Source: Bacteroidales bacterium H4 (GTDB taxonomy: Bacteria > Bacillota > Clostridia > Lachnospirales > Lachnospiraceae). From it: DNA of 64,000 nt. Below are positions 9,345 to 19,147 of this stretch, one piece after another (the stretch's first letter is position 1; every line of letters starts with the position of its first letter). Position numbers and translations under genes: made by a program. The stretch spans positions 7,150-71,149 of the forward strand of contig CAVJMX010000002.1 of the NCBI GenBank assembly GCA_963650795.1, given 5' to 3'. Under the pieces are notes generated by a model. That model worked only from the letters and a program-made list of their open reading frames with translations, ran no database searches and had not been told where the DNA came from.

Positions 9345-10174
9345 TGGCAAAGCGTAAGCCAGAAGATCCACCTGCTGGATCCCCGGCATGGATGGCGACA
9401 TTCAGTGATCTGATGAACTTGCTGCTGTGCTTCTTTGTCATGTTGTTCTCTATGTCATCTATCGATGCCAATAAATGGAATGAAATGGCTGCGGCAATGT
9501 CCAACAGCGCATTCAGTATTTTCAATGCCGGCTCCACAGCCATCGGCGAGGGAATACTAATCAGTAACGGCGTCAGCCAATTGAATGATCTCGATGAATA
9601 TATCAGTAATGCCGGAAGAAATGCAGACAGCGAGACGGATTCCGACAATTACGAAAAATATGAAAGTGCAGCCGCTCTGGAAGAGGCTCTGAATGAGAAG
9701 AACCTGCAAAGTAATGAAGAACTTTCCGAGACAGTGCAGGAAGCAATAGATGAAAATAGTCTGGCAGATCAGGTCAATGTATCTTTTACGGCACAGTATG
9801 TACAACTGTCCATGAAAGGCGCGCTGTTATTCGATTCGGGCAGTGCAGTACTGAAGGATCAGTCCAAACCGGTACTGGATAAAGTCGGCGTGATCTTAGA
9901 ACGTTATGGCAGTGATGCTGTGATCGAGATCGAAGGGCATACAGATAATGTTCCTATCCACAATTCTAAATTTGCGGATAATGAGGAACTGAGCAGCGCC
10001 AGAGCATTGTCGGTGTTCTACTATCTGGTAGAGAATACCTCACTGGATCCTTCTAACTTAAGACATGCAGGAATGGGGGATCGCACTCCGGTAGCCGATA
10101 ACTCTACCGATGAGGGACGCAGCAAAAACAGACGTGTAGAGATCAGAATATATAATCCTTCCGCAGCAAATTAA
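9344..10174 (+). CDS. motB: Flagellar stator B subunit (MotB/PomB/MotS family)
   Basis: WMATFSDLMNLLLCFFVML TM; OmpA-like domain (EGHTD, NEELSSARA, NRRVEI). Confidence 0.95.
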   Translation: MAKRKPEDPPAGSPAWMATFSDLMNLLLCFFVMLFSMSSIDANKWNEMAAAMSNSAFSIFNAGSTAIGEGILISNGVSQLNDLDEYISNAGRNADSETDSDNYEKYESAAALEEALNEKNLQSNEELSETVQEAIDENSLADQVNVSFTAQYVQLSMKGALLFDSGSAVLKDQSKPVLDKVGVILERYGSDAVIEIEGHTDNVPIHNSKFADNEELSSARALSVFYYLVENTSLDPSNLRHAGMGDRTPVADNSTDEGRSKNRRVEIRIYNPSAAN

Positions 10175-10203
10175 TACGGAGAGGGAAAGGAAGCATAGAA
10201 AGA

Positions 10204-10722
10204 ATGAAGAAAAACCTGATGACGGTGTTGATTCTGGCATTACTGATCGTGAATATCGTATTGACCAGTGTCATGCTGGTAAGCATTGTAGGCACCAATA
10301 AAAAAACCGCGCAGCTGGTGGATAATATCACCACAGCCATGAATCTGGAATTGACGGTACCCGGAGCAGAAAGCGCAGCAAATGTGTCTCTTACCGATAC
10401 GGAGGTTTATAACATTTCCGATACAATGACGATTCCGTTAAAGAGTGAGGCGGGTGCCAAGCAGGATTACATCCTGTTCGATGTATCTTTGTCCATCAAT
10501 AAGAAGAGCAAAGATTATAAGACCTACGGAAGCAGCGATACCTTGTCCAGCTACGAAAATCTGATCAAGGATGCCATTACGGCTACTGTCTCCGCACATA
10601 CAGAAGAAGAGTGTAGTGAGGACATGGAAGGGCTGAAAGAAGAAATTTTGAAATCCATTCAGGATCTGTTCCAATCCGACTTCATCTATAAGGTCGCAAT
10701 CAGCGGAGTGAAATTTGGCTGA
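10204..10722 (+). CDS. fliL: Flagellar basal body-associated protein FliL
   Basis: N-terminal TM, 172 aa, between motB and fliM. Confidence 0.8.
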   Translation: MKKNLMTVLILALLIVNIVLTSVMLVSIVGTNKKTAQLVDNITTAMNLELTVPGAESAANVSLTDTEVYNISDTMTIPLKSEAGAKQDYILFDVSLSINKKSKDYKTYGSSDTLSSYENLIKDAITATVSAHTEEECSEDMEGLKEEILKSIQDLFQSDFIYKVAISGVKFG

Positions 10723-10759
10723 TGAGACACAAAAATAAGATGACAGGAGGTGAGGACCT

Positions 10760-11740
10760 GTGAGCGATATACTTTCGCAAAACGAAATTGACGCCCTTCT
10801 GAAGCAGTTGTCGGACGGGGATCTGGACATGGATCAGATCCAGGGCGAGGATGAAAAGCAGGTCAAGAATTACGACTTCAGCCGTCCTACCAAGTTCTCC
10901 AAAGAACATTTAAGAACGTTAGAGATCATATTTGAACATTACAGCCGTTTGATCTCCACGAATCTTCCGGTATATCTCCGCAAAAATGTGCAGGTAACGG
11001 TGGCAAGTTCAGAAACGGTTACATTCAGTGAATTCTCCAATGCACTGTCAAATCCGTCAGTACTTGGTATTGTTAATTTCGCGCCGCTTAACGGCAATAT
11101 TATTATAGAGATCGCAACAAACCTGTGCTATGCCATGCTGGACCGTATGTTGGGAGGCAGTGGACAGCCTTTGGAAAAAAGCAGAGATTTCTCGGACATA
11201 GAGCTGACGATTTTACAGAAGCTTCTGGTTATGTTTACTCAGCTCCTGCGGGAACCCTGGAAAAATGTTCTTGAGATCTCACCGGTCTTAAGCCGGTTGG
11301 AGACGAATCCCCAGTTTGCACAGGTGATCGCACCCAGCGACATGATCGCCATCGTGACTTTGAATATGAAGATCGGGGATGTCGAAGGAATGGTAAATAT
11401 CTGTCTTCCTTTCTTTACACTGGAAGACGTGATGGATAAACTGAACACCAAATACTGGTTCTCCACAATGCAGGAGAATCATGATGAACACTACGAGGAA
11501 TACATTGAGTCCATGATCCGCAGAGTGGATGTTCCCATTAAGGCCGTGTTGGGTAAGAGCACGATCTCGGTGAATGATTTCCTAAATCTGCAGGTGGGCG
11601 ACTGTATCAGACTGGATTCCAGAGTCGATGCCGACATGGATGTGTATGTGGGTAATATCAGGAAGTTCACGGCATTGCCCGGCACGGAGAGAGACTCGTA
11701 TGCTGTTCAGATCACATCGGTGATCAGAGAGGAGGAGTAA
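10760..11740 (+). CDS. fliM: Flagellar motor switch protein FliM
   Basis: LSQNEIDALL CheY-binding peptide, YDFSRP, ETNPQF. Confidence 0.97.
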   Translation: MSDILSQNEIDALLKQLSDGDLDMDQIQGEDEKQVKNYDFSRPTKFSKEHLRTLEIIFEHYSRLISTNLPVYLRKNVQVTVASSETVTFSEFSNALSNPSVLGIVNFAPLNGNIIIEIATNLCYAMLDRMLGGSGQPLEKSRDFSDIELTILQKLLVMFTQLLREPWKNVLEISPVLSRLETNPQFAQVIAPSDMIAIVTLNMKIGDVEGMVNICLPFFTLEDVMDKLNTKYWFSTMQENHDEHYEEYIESMIRRVDVPIKAVLGKSTISVNDFLNLQVGDCIRLDSRVDADMDVYVGNIRKFTALPGTERDSYAVQITSVIREEE

Positions 11741-11742
11741 CG

Positions 11743-13155
11743 ATGGATGGGATGTTATCTCAGGATGAGATAAATGCCCTGCTGCAAGGCATGGATCTGT
11801 CGGACACTGCGGATGGCAGTGACGCGGCGGCGTCTGCGCCGGAGAACAGCACGGCTGACAATAATGACAACGGATATGTGACAGACACGAAACCGACAAT
11901 CGGAGACGGTGAGGCACTGACTGATGTGGAGAAGGATGCCATCGGTGAAGTCGCCAATATCAGTATGGGTTCTTCCGCCACTACATTATATTCGTTGGTT
12001 AACCGCAAAGTAAATATTACCACACCGGTGGTTACACTGGCTACATGGAACACCTTGCTGGATACTTACGAAAAGCCCTGTGTATTTATTCAGATCAAAT
12101 ATACCCAGGGACTGGACGGCACCAATATTTTGGTGCTGAAGGAACATGATGTAAAGGTAATCACTGATCTGATGATGGGTGGTGACGGTACCAATACAGA
12201 TGGAGAACTGGGAGAACTGCATCTGAGTGCAATTTCTGAAGCCATGAATCAGATGATGGGATCTGCGGCAACTTCACTTTCTACACTGCTGCAGACAGTC
12301 ATTGATATCAGCCCGCCTGAGTCATCTCTTTTTGATCTGACGGAAGTAAAGGACGGCAAAGAAATCTCTCCGTTCCTTGGTGGCACTTTTGTAAAGATCG
12401 CGTTCCGGATGCAGATCGATGATCTGGTGGACAGTACTATTATGCAGCTGTACCCGATTGACTTTGCAAAAAAATTAGTAGAGACATTTATCAATACCCA
12501 GATGAGTAGCCTGGATGGAGCAGCGGAAGAGCAGCCCGCACAGGTGAAGGACAGTGCATCCGAACAAAATATGCAGGGTAGTGCTGCTATGGCAGGCACA
12601 ACAGATCATATGCCCCAGCCGGGTATGGACAGCATGGGACAGCAGGGTTCCGTGAATATGAACGGTATGCCCCAGATGGGCATGAATCCTATGGGTAACA
12701 TGGGAATGAACCAGATGGGCATGAACCAAATGGGTAACATGAACGGCATGAATCCTATGGGCAACAGCTCCATGGGTATGAATGGCATGAACCAGATGGG
12801 TAACATGAATGGCATGGGCATGATGAATCAGATGGGAATGCCTGGACAGAATGTACAGAATGTGAATGTACAGCCCGCACAGTTCCAGAGTTTTTCCAAT
12901 GATCAGGTGGGAATGACGGGGCAGGAGAACATTGGCCTGATCAAAGATGTACCATTGGAGGTAACCGTAGAACTCGGAAGGACGACAAAGTCCATATCCG
13001 ATATTCTGGACTTCTCGCCGGGAACGATCATAGAACTCGACCGTATCGCCGGAGAACCGATCGATGTATTGGTGAATGGCAAGTTCGTAGCCAAGGGCGA
13101 AGTAGTTGTGATTGAAGAGAGCTTTGGTGTAAGAATTACGGAGATCATAAAATAA
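11743..13155 (+). CDS. fliY: Flagellar switch phosphatase FliY (CheC-like plus FliN domain)
   Basis: LSQDEINALL; two ExxN motifs (EVAN, EAMN); C-terminal SpoA/FliN domain. Confidence 0.95.
   Translation: MDGMLSQDEINALLQGMDLSDTADGSDAAASAPENSTADNNDNGYVTDTKPTIGDGEALTDVEKDAIGEVANISMGSSATTLYSLVNRKVNITTPVVTLATWNTLLDTYEKPCVFIQIKYTQGLDGTNILVLKEHDVKVITDLMMGGDGTNTDGELGELHLSAISEAMNQMMGSAATSLSTLLQTVIDISPPESSLFDLTEVKDGKEISPFLGGTFVKIAFRMQIDDLVDSTIMQLYPIDFAKKLVETFINTQMSSLDGAAEEQPAQVKDSASEQNMQGSAAMAGTTDHMPQPGMDSMGQQGSVNMNGMPQMGMNPMGNMGMNQMGMNQMGNMNGMNPMGNSSMGMNGMNQMGNMNGMGMMNQMGMPGQNVQNVNVQPAQFQSFSNDQVGMTGQENIGLIKDVPLEVTVELGRTTKSISDILDFSPGTIIELDRIAGEPIDVLVNGKFVAKGEVVVIEESFGVRITEIIK
12610..12840 (+). repeat. 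Met/Gly/Asn/Gln-rich low-complexity repeat tract in the FliY linker
   Basis: Imperfect MNQMG/MNPMG/MNGM repeats. Confidence 0.85.
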
Positions 13156-13190
13156 GCAGAGAATAGACCAAATAAACGGAGGAAAAATTA

Positions 13191-13553
13191 ATGGCTAAAA
13201 ATATTTTAATCTGTGATGATGCAGCATTCATGAGGATGATGATCAAGGACATCCTGACCAAAAACGGATATAATGTTGCCGGTGAAGCAGAGAACGGACT
13301 GAAGGCTGTGGAGAAGTTCAAGGAAGTAAATCCCGACCTGGTACTTATGGATATTACCATGCCGGAGATGGACGGCATCCAGGCACTGAAAGAGATCAAG
13401 AAGATCGACGGAGGTGCTAAGGTGATCATGTGTTCTGCAATGGGTCAGCAGGCGATGGTTATCGAGTCCATACAGGCAGGTGCCAAAGACTTCATCGTAA
13501 AACCTTTCCAGGCAGAACGTGTTATCGAAGCAGTGAAAAAGGTAGTGGGTTAA
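13191..13553 (+). CDS. cheY: Chemotaxis response regulator CheY
   Basis: DDAAFMR, DITMP, SAMGQ, FIVKPF. Confidence 0.97.
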   Translation: MAKNILICDDAAFMRMMIKDILTKNGYNVAGEAENGLKAVEKFKEVNPDLVLMDITMPEMDGIQALKEIKKIDGGAKVIMCSAMGQQAMVIESIQAGAKDFIVKPFQAERVIEAVKKVVG

Positions 13554-13918
13554 TGATCATACTCACCGGAAAAGCAGACAGTTATGCCCAGTTTATTACA
13601 GTACTGCTGATCTTCGTGGCAGTACTGGCGGTAACCGCATGGGTGACAAAATGGATCGCAGGATACCAGAAAAAACAGGGAGCGGAAAGCAATATTGAAG
13701 TAAGAGAGACCGTCCGGATCGCCAACAATAAATACATTCAACTGATCCGGGTCGGAGAGACTTATTTTGCTGTTGCGGTCTGCAAGGATACTGTGACGAC
13801 TCTGGGAGAGATTCCCGCAGAACAACTAAAGGACATGTCAACATTGGAAAATACTTCCGGCTTCCGGGAGATATTGGAACGTGCGGCGAAGAAAGAGAAT
13901 GAAGAGAAATATCATTGA
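13553..13918 (+). CDS. fliO: Flagellar biosynthesis protein FliO/FliZ
   Basis: Single TM then beta domain; ATG overlaps cheY stop (TAATG); precedes fliP. Confidence 0.85.
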   Translation: MIILTGKADSYAQFITVLLIFVAVLAVTAWVTKWIAGYQKKQGAESNIEVRETVRIANNKYIQLIRVGETYFAVAVCKDTVTTLGEIPAEQLKDMSTLENTSGFREILERAAKKENEEKYH

Positions 13919-14780
13919 TTTTGATTCCGACAGAAAATTAAAGATGGTTATTTATATAGTATGCCTGCTGGTCACGGTGGGCATATTGTGTATTTGCCCC
14001 CCGGTGAAGGTACATGCGACAGAGCGTCATCTGACGGGGGATACCGAGGTATCTACCGTGATCAATCCGGCGGGAACGGCTACCACACCGGAAGAGGTGG
14101 GAAGTCTGAACACTGCGAACACGGTCAGCATTACTTACAATAACGGTAACGGACAGATCAACGGAGCACTGCGAATTCTTATCACTCTGACACTGATCGC
14201 GCTGGCTCCTACGATCATCATCATGATGACCTCTTTTACGAGGATCATTATTGTATTGCATTTTACCAGATCTGCCCTGAACACGCAGACGGCACCACCG
14301 AACCAGATCCTGATCGGGCTGGCGCTGATCCTGACTTTTTTTATTATGGAACCTACCATTACCAGAATCAATGAAGAAGCGATACAGCCTTTTGAGGAAG
14401 GTACCATAGACCAGAGTGAAGCTTTGGAAAAAGGTATGGCACCTTTGCGGGAATTTATGTATCCCCAGACACAGGTGAAAGATGTAGAGCTGTTCATGGA
14501 TATTGCAGGACTGGAGTGGGATGGAACACTGGATGACATTCCCAATTCCGTGTTGGTTCCCAGCTTTATGATCAGTGAGCTTCGGACTGCGTTCTGGATC
14601 GGATTTATGATCTATATTCCTTTTATCGTGATCGATATGGTAGTTGCATCCACGTTGATGAGTATGGGTATGATGATGCTGCCACCTACGACGATCTCCA
14701 TGCCCTTCAAGATATTGTTGTTTGTTCTCGCTGACGGCTGGGCACTGATTATAGGACAGCTGGTGCAGACATTCTATTAA
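13899..14780 (+). CDS. fliP: Flagellar export protein FliP
   Basis: TSFTRIIIV, PPNQ, ISELRTAF, MGMMMLPP motifs; start approximate. Confidence 0.96.
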   Translation: MKRNIIDFDSDRKLKMVIYIVCLLVTVGILCICPPVKVHATERHLTGDTEVSTVINPAGTATTPEEVGSLNTANTVSITYNNGNGQINGALRILITLTLIALAPTIIIMMTSFTRIIIVLHFTRSALNTQTAPPNQILIGLALILTFFIMEPTITRINEEAIQPFEEGTIDQSEALEKGMAPLREFMYPQTQVKDVELFMDIAGLEWDGTLDDIPNSVLVPSFMISELRTAFWIGFMIYIPFIVIDMVVASTLMSMGMMMLPPTTISMPFKILLFVLADGWALIIGQLVQTFY

Positions 14781-14800
14781 CCGGGAGATGAGGTTTTGTT

Positions 14801-15073
14801 ATGACGATTGATGCAGTATCGGAAATGACAAATAATGCGTTATATGTGATCATCAAGGTATCCCTTCCTGTGCTTCTGGTGTCATTGATCGTTGGTCTGG
14901 TCATCAGTATTTTCCAGACAGTGACATCCATTCAGGAACAGACACTGACATTTGTACCCAAGATCATTGCAATATTTCTGACACTTGTCCTGTTGGGAAG
15001 CTGGATGATGAATACCATGGTGGAATACACTGTGCAGCTCTGGTCAAGCTTCAGCCAGTATGTACACAGGTGA
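14801..15073 (+). CDS. fliQ: Flagellar export protein FliQ
   Basis: FQTVTSIQEQTLTFVPK. Confidence 0.96.
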   Translation: MTIDAVSEMTNNALYVIIKVSLPVLLVSLIVGLVISIFQTVTSIQEQTLTFVPKIIAIFLTLVLLGSWMMNTMVEYTVQLWSSFSQYVHR

Positions 15074-15085
15074 TGGGATGACTAC

Positions 15086-15868
15086 ATGATAGATTTTTCG
15101 TTTTCCATATACGATTTTGAATATTTTCTGCTGATTTTTGTCCGGGTATCCTGCTTTGTGTATATCGCTCCCTATTTCGGAATGAATGATACACCTGCCA
15201 GGATCCGGATCGGTATCAGCGCATTTACGGCAATTCTGCTCTATGAGACACTGACACCGGTGGATGCAGTGGTGTTTGACACGGTGATGGAATATGCCGT
15301 GATTGTTATGAAAGAGGCAATCGCCGGTCTGCTGATCGGCTTTGGCGCAAATATCTGTATGGCGATCGTTAATTTTGCCGGTTCGATCGCAGATATGGAG
15401 ACAGGACTTTCCATGGCGACACTGATGGATCCGGCGACCAGAGAGAGCACCAGTATTACCGGTGTACTGTATCAGTATTCATTTATGCTGATGCTGATCG
15501 CTTCCGGAATGTACCGCTACCTGTTTGGGGCACTGGCAGACAGCTTTGTGCTGATCCCGGTGAATGGTGTGGTGTTCCACGCAGACAGCCTGTTACAGTC
15601 CATGATCGAATTTATGAATGACTATATCATGATCGGCTTTCGCATTGTATTGCCGATTTTTTGTGCAACATTATTACTGAATGCAATCTTAGGTGTACTG
15701 GCGAAAGTATCGCCGCAGATGAACATGTTCGCAGTCGGTATTCAGTTGAAAGTGCTGACGGGACTGGCAGCAATGTTCCTGACAGCGGGAATGCTGCCGG
15801 GAGCGGCGGATTTTGTCTATCAGGAGATGAAGAAGATGGTGGTGTCCTTTATCGGAGGTATGATGTGA
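15086..15868 (+). CDS. fliR: Flagellar export protein FliR
   Basis: Hydrophobic; GLSMATLMDP and PQMNMF motifs. Confidence 0.95.
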   Translation: MIDFSFSIYDFEYFLLIFVRVSCFVYIAPYFGMNDTPARIRIGISAFTAILLYETLTPVDAVVFDTVMEYAVIVMKEAIAGLLIGFGANICMAIVNFAGSIADMETGLSMATLMDPATRESTSITGVLYQYSFMLMLIASGMYRYLFGALADSFVLIPVNGVVFHADSLLQSMIEFMNDYIMIGFRIVLPIFCATLLLNAILGVLAKVSPQMNMFAVGIQLKVLTGLAAMFLTAGMLPGAADFVYQEMKKMVVSFIGGMM

Positions 15869-16977
15869 GCTTAGAATACAATCTGCAATTCTTTGCCGCA
15901 GAGGGACAGGGCGGAGAGAAAACAGAACCCGCTACCGAGAAAAAGCTGACAGATGCCAGAAAAGAAGGTCAGGTAGCAAAAAGCCGTGAAATCGCCAACG
16001 GACTGGGACTCCTTGCGGTGTTCCTGGTATTGAAGCTGTGGGTGGGACACATGGGCTATCAGTTCATAAATGTGTTTTCTGCGATTTATGATAAGATTCC
16101 GGAAGTCGTAACCTTCTGGCACGGAAATATGCCACAGACAGATGCAAATATTGTATTTCGTAATATGATGCTGGAATCTGTGATCATTATGGCACCGATA
16201 TTACTGATAGGCTTTGCGGTAGCCTTTTTGAGCGATGTGGCGCAGGTGGGATGGCATCCTACGGGCAAACCGATGCAGCCCAAATTCTCCAAACTGAGTC
16301 CGGTCTCCGGATTCAAGAGGGTCTTTTCCGTCAATTCCGTGGTGGAGCTGATCAAATCTTTGTTGAAGATTGGACTGATCATATACATATGCTACAATTA
16401 CCTGCAGGACAAATGGCCGATACTGTATACCTTATATGACATGGATCTGACCCAGGCGATCGCTCTGATTGGTGAGACAGTGACGGACTTAGGTATCCGG
16501 ATCTCCTTGATCTACATGATCATTGCTGCGGCAGACTTCATCTACCAGAAGTACAAGTTCAGCAAGGACATGCGGATGACCAAACAGGAGATTAAAGAAG
16601 AATACAAACAGCAGGAAGGTGATCCGCAGGTCAAAGGACGTATCCGGCAGAAGATGCGGGAAGTATCCCAGCGGAGAATGATGCAGAACCTTCCCCAGGC
16701 GGATGTGGTCATCACCAACCCCACCCATTATGCGGCTGCTATAAAATACGATCCCGAGGTGGCGGAGGCACCTATTGTGATCGCCAAAGGTGCGGATAAT
16801 CTGGCAGCTAAGATCAAAGAGATTGCCAGAGAGCATAAGATTGAAATAGTAGAGAATAAACCACTTGCGAGAATGTTGTATGCAAATGTGGATGTGGGAC
16901 AGGCTGTGCCGCCGGAATTATATCAGGCGGTGGCGGAGGTTCTGGCATTTGTATATCATCTGCAGGGAAAAGTATAG
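15865..16977 (+). CDS. flhB: Flagellar export switch protein FlhB
   Basis: EKTEPATEKK, EGDPQVK, NPTH autocleavage site; GTG start at 15865 with SD GGAGG. Confidence 0.96.
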   Translation: MSLEYNLQFFAAEGQGGEKTEPATEKKLTDARKEGQVAKSREIANGLGLLAVFLVLKLWVGHMGYQFINVFSAIYDKIPEVVTFWHGNMPQTDANIVFRNMMLESVIIMAPILLIGFAVAFLSDVAQVGWHPTGKPMQPKFSKLSPVSGFKRVFSVNSVVELIKSLLKIGLIIYICYNYLQDKWPILYTLYDMDLTQAIALIGETVTDLGIRISLIYMIIAAADFIYQKYKFSKDMRMTKQEIKEEYKQQEGDPQVKGRIRQKMREVSQRRMMQNLPQADVVITNPTHYAAAIKYDPEVAEAPIVIAKGADNLAAKIKEIAREHKIEIVENKPLARMLYANVDVGQAVPPELYQAVAEVLAFVYHLQGKV

Positions 16978-17027
16978 AAAAAAATTAAGATTAGAAAAAA
17001 CACAGACAGAAAGGAGGTAAGGCACAG

Positions 17028-19067
17028 ATGAAAATAAAAAAAGCGGATGTGGGGGTAGCACTCTACATTATGGCGGCGATCATCATGTTTATTGTGCCGA
17101 TTCCTTCCTGGCTTCTGGATATTCTGCTGGCTATCAATATTTCCATTGCGCTGACCGTGTTATTTGCCACAATGTTCAGCAAGGAAGTACTGGATATGTC
17201 TTTTTTCCCGACAATGCTTCTGTTCACCACGATCTTCCGTATTGCGCTGAACACATCCTCTACCCGTCTGATCTTACGAGACGGTAATGCGGGTAATGTT
17301 GTGGAGACTTTCGGCGAGTTCGTAGGCGGCGGTGATCTGGTCATCGGTGTTATTATCTTCATTATTCTGATCCTGATCCAGTTCATGGTCATCAATAAAG
17401 GTTCTGAACGTGTATCCGAGGTAACGGCGAGATTTACCCTGGATGCCATGCCCGGTAAACAGATGGCGATCGATGCTGATCTGAATACAGGAGCGATCAC
17501 GGATGCGGAAGCAAAGAGACGTAGAGAGAAGATCCAGGAGGAAGCAAGCTTTTTCGGTTCCATGGATGGTGCCGTGAAATACGTAAAAGGAGACGCAGTA
17601 GCGGGTCTTCTGATCACAACCATCAATATCGTGGGCGGTATCGTCATGGGAGTGACGAGACAGGGCATGGATATCACCGCAGCTCTGAATAAATACGCGA
17701 TCCTCACCATCGGTGACGGTCTGGTGAGCCAGATCCCCTCACTGCTGATCTCTCTGTCCACCGGTATCCTGGTGACCAAAGGAAGTAAGGACGCAGATTT
17801 CGGAACCACACTGGTCAGCCAGTTATTCGGTGTGCCGAAGGCATTGTACCTGGTAGGTGCCATGCTGGCGATCCTGGGATTTGTGACACAGTTAAATACG
17901 ATCCTGTTCGTTGGACTGGGACTGGTATTTATCATTGTGGCGAGAAATATCGAGGGAACTATCGAGACAGCCAAGATTGAGCAGGAGGTAGACAGTGAAG
18001 AGGCTACGGCGGAAGAAATCAGGCAGCCGGAGAATGTCAACAGCCTGTTGCAGGTGGATCCTATCGAGTTGGAATTCGGCTACGGTATCATTCCGTTAGC
18101 GGATGTAAATCAAGGAGGCGACCTGTTAGACCGTGTTGTTATGATTCGAAGACAGATCGCATTGGAACTGGGTACAGTGGTGCCGATCATCCGACTGCGT
18201 GATAACATTCAGCTGAATCCGAACCAGTATATTATCAAGATTAAGGGAATTCAGGTCAGCGAAGGTGAGATCCTGTTTGACCATTATATGGCGATGAACC
18301 CCGGATACGTAGAAGAGGAGATCACGGGCATTCCTACTTTTGAGCCCTCCTTTCATCTGCCGGCGATCTGGATCACGGAGGGACAGAGAGAACGTGCGGA
18401 GAGCCTGGGCTATACCGTAGTGGATCCGCCTTCCATTATTGCCACGCATCTGACGGAGATCATCCGCCAGCACATTGCAGAACTACTTACCAGACAGGAT
18501 GTTCAGAACTTGATCAACAATGTCAAGGAGAACAATCCTTCCCTGGTGGACGAACTGGTACCGAAGCTGCTTGGGCTAGGTGAGATTCAGAAAGTACTGC
18601 AGAATCTCTTAAAAGAGGGTATTTCCATACGAGATCTGCTGACGATTTTAGAGACATTGGCGGATTATGCACCGACGACGAGAGATACGGATATTCTTAC
18701 GGAGTATGTCAGACAGAGTCTGAAGAGAGCGATTTCCACAAAATATTTTCCTTCTCATGAGACTACCAGTGTATTGACACTGGATCCGAAGATCGAGCAG
18801 GAGGTGATGGGAAGCGTGAAGCAGACGGAGACGGGAGCTTACTTAAATCTAGATCCTGCCAGGAGCAAAGCCATCCTGAATGCGGTGGGAGAGGAGATCA
18901 AAAAACTGGAAAATATGGGAAAGACTCCCATTATTATGACATCTCCCATTGTAAGAATGTATTTTAAACGACTGACGGAAGATTACTATCCGGATCTGGT
19001 CGTGGTATCCTACAATGAAGTGGAATCCAATGTGGAATTACAGTCTGTGGGAATGGTCACAGCCTGA
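17028..19067 (+). CDS. flhA: Flagellar export protein FlhA
   Basis: RFTLDAMPGKQMAIDADL FHIPEP signature. Confidence 0.98.
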   Translation: MKIKKADVGVALYIMAAIIMFIVPIPSWLLDILLAINISIALTVLFATMFSKEVLDMSFFPTMLLFTTIFRIALNTSSTRLILRDGNAGNVVETFGEFVGGGDLVIGVIIFIILILIQFMVINKGSERVSEVTARFTLDAMPGKQMAIDADLNTGAITDAEAKRRREKIQEEASFFGSMDGAVKYVKGDAVAGLLITTINIVGGIVMGVTRQGMDITAALNKYAILTIGDGLVSQIPSLLISLSTGILVTKGSKDADFGTTLVSQLFGVPKALYLVGAMLAILGFVTQLNTILFVGLGLVFIIVARNIEGTIETAKIEQEVDSEEATAEEIRQPENVNSLLQVDPIELEFGYGIIPLADVNQGGDLLDRVVMIRRQIALELGTVVPIIRLRDNIQLNPNQYIIKIKGIQVSEGEILFDHYMAMNPGYVEEEITGIPTFEPSFHLPAIWITEGQRERAESLGYTVVDPPSIIATHLTEIIRQHIAELLTRQDVQNLINNVKENNPSLVDELVPKLLGLGEIQKVLQNLLKEGISIRDLLTILETLADYAPTTRDTDILTEYVRQSLKRAISTKYFPSHETTSVLTLDPKIEQEVMGSVKQTETGAYLNLDPARSKAILNAVGEEIKKLENMGKTPIIMTSPIVRMYFKRLTEDYYPDLVVVSYNEVESNVELQSVGMVTA

Positions 19068-19147
19068 GAACAGGTACAGTGAACCGCCACAGGAGCCAGG
19101 GATAGTGTGAAAAATAAAAAGGAACCGTCTGCGGAATGGAGATTAGT

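Noticed and set aside
15661..15864. Long upstream extension of flhB overlapping fliR (similar extensions on fliH, flbD, fliO, thiN and the aldo/keto reductase)
   Set aside because: Better starts with SD sequences lie downstream, where family homology begins.
17063..18040. 325-aa antisense ORF inside flhA, and similar antisense ORFs elsewhere
   Set aside because: Shadow ORFs of well-supported genes arising from codon bias; no motifs.
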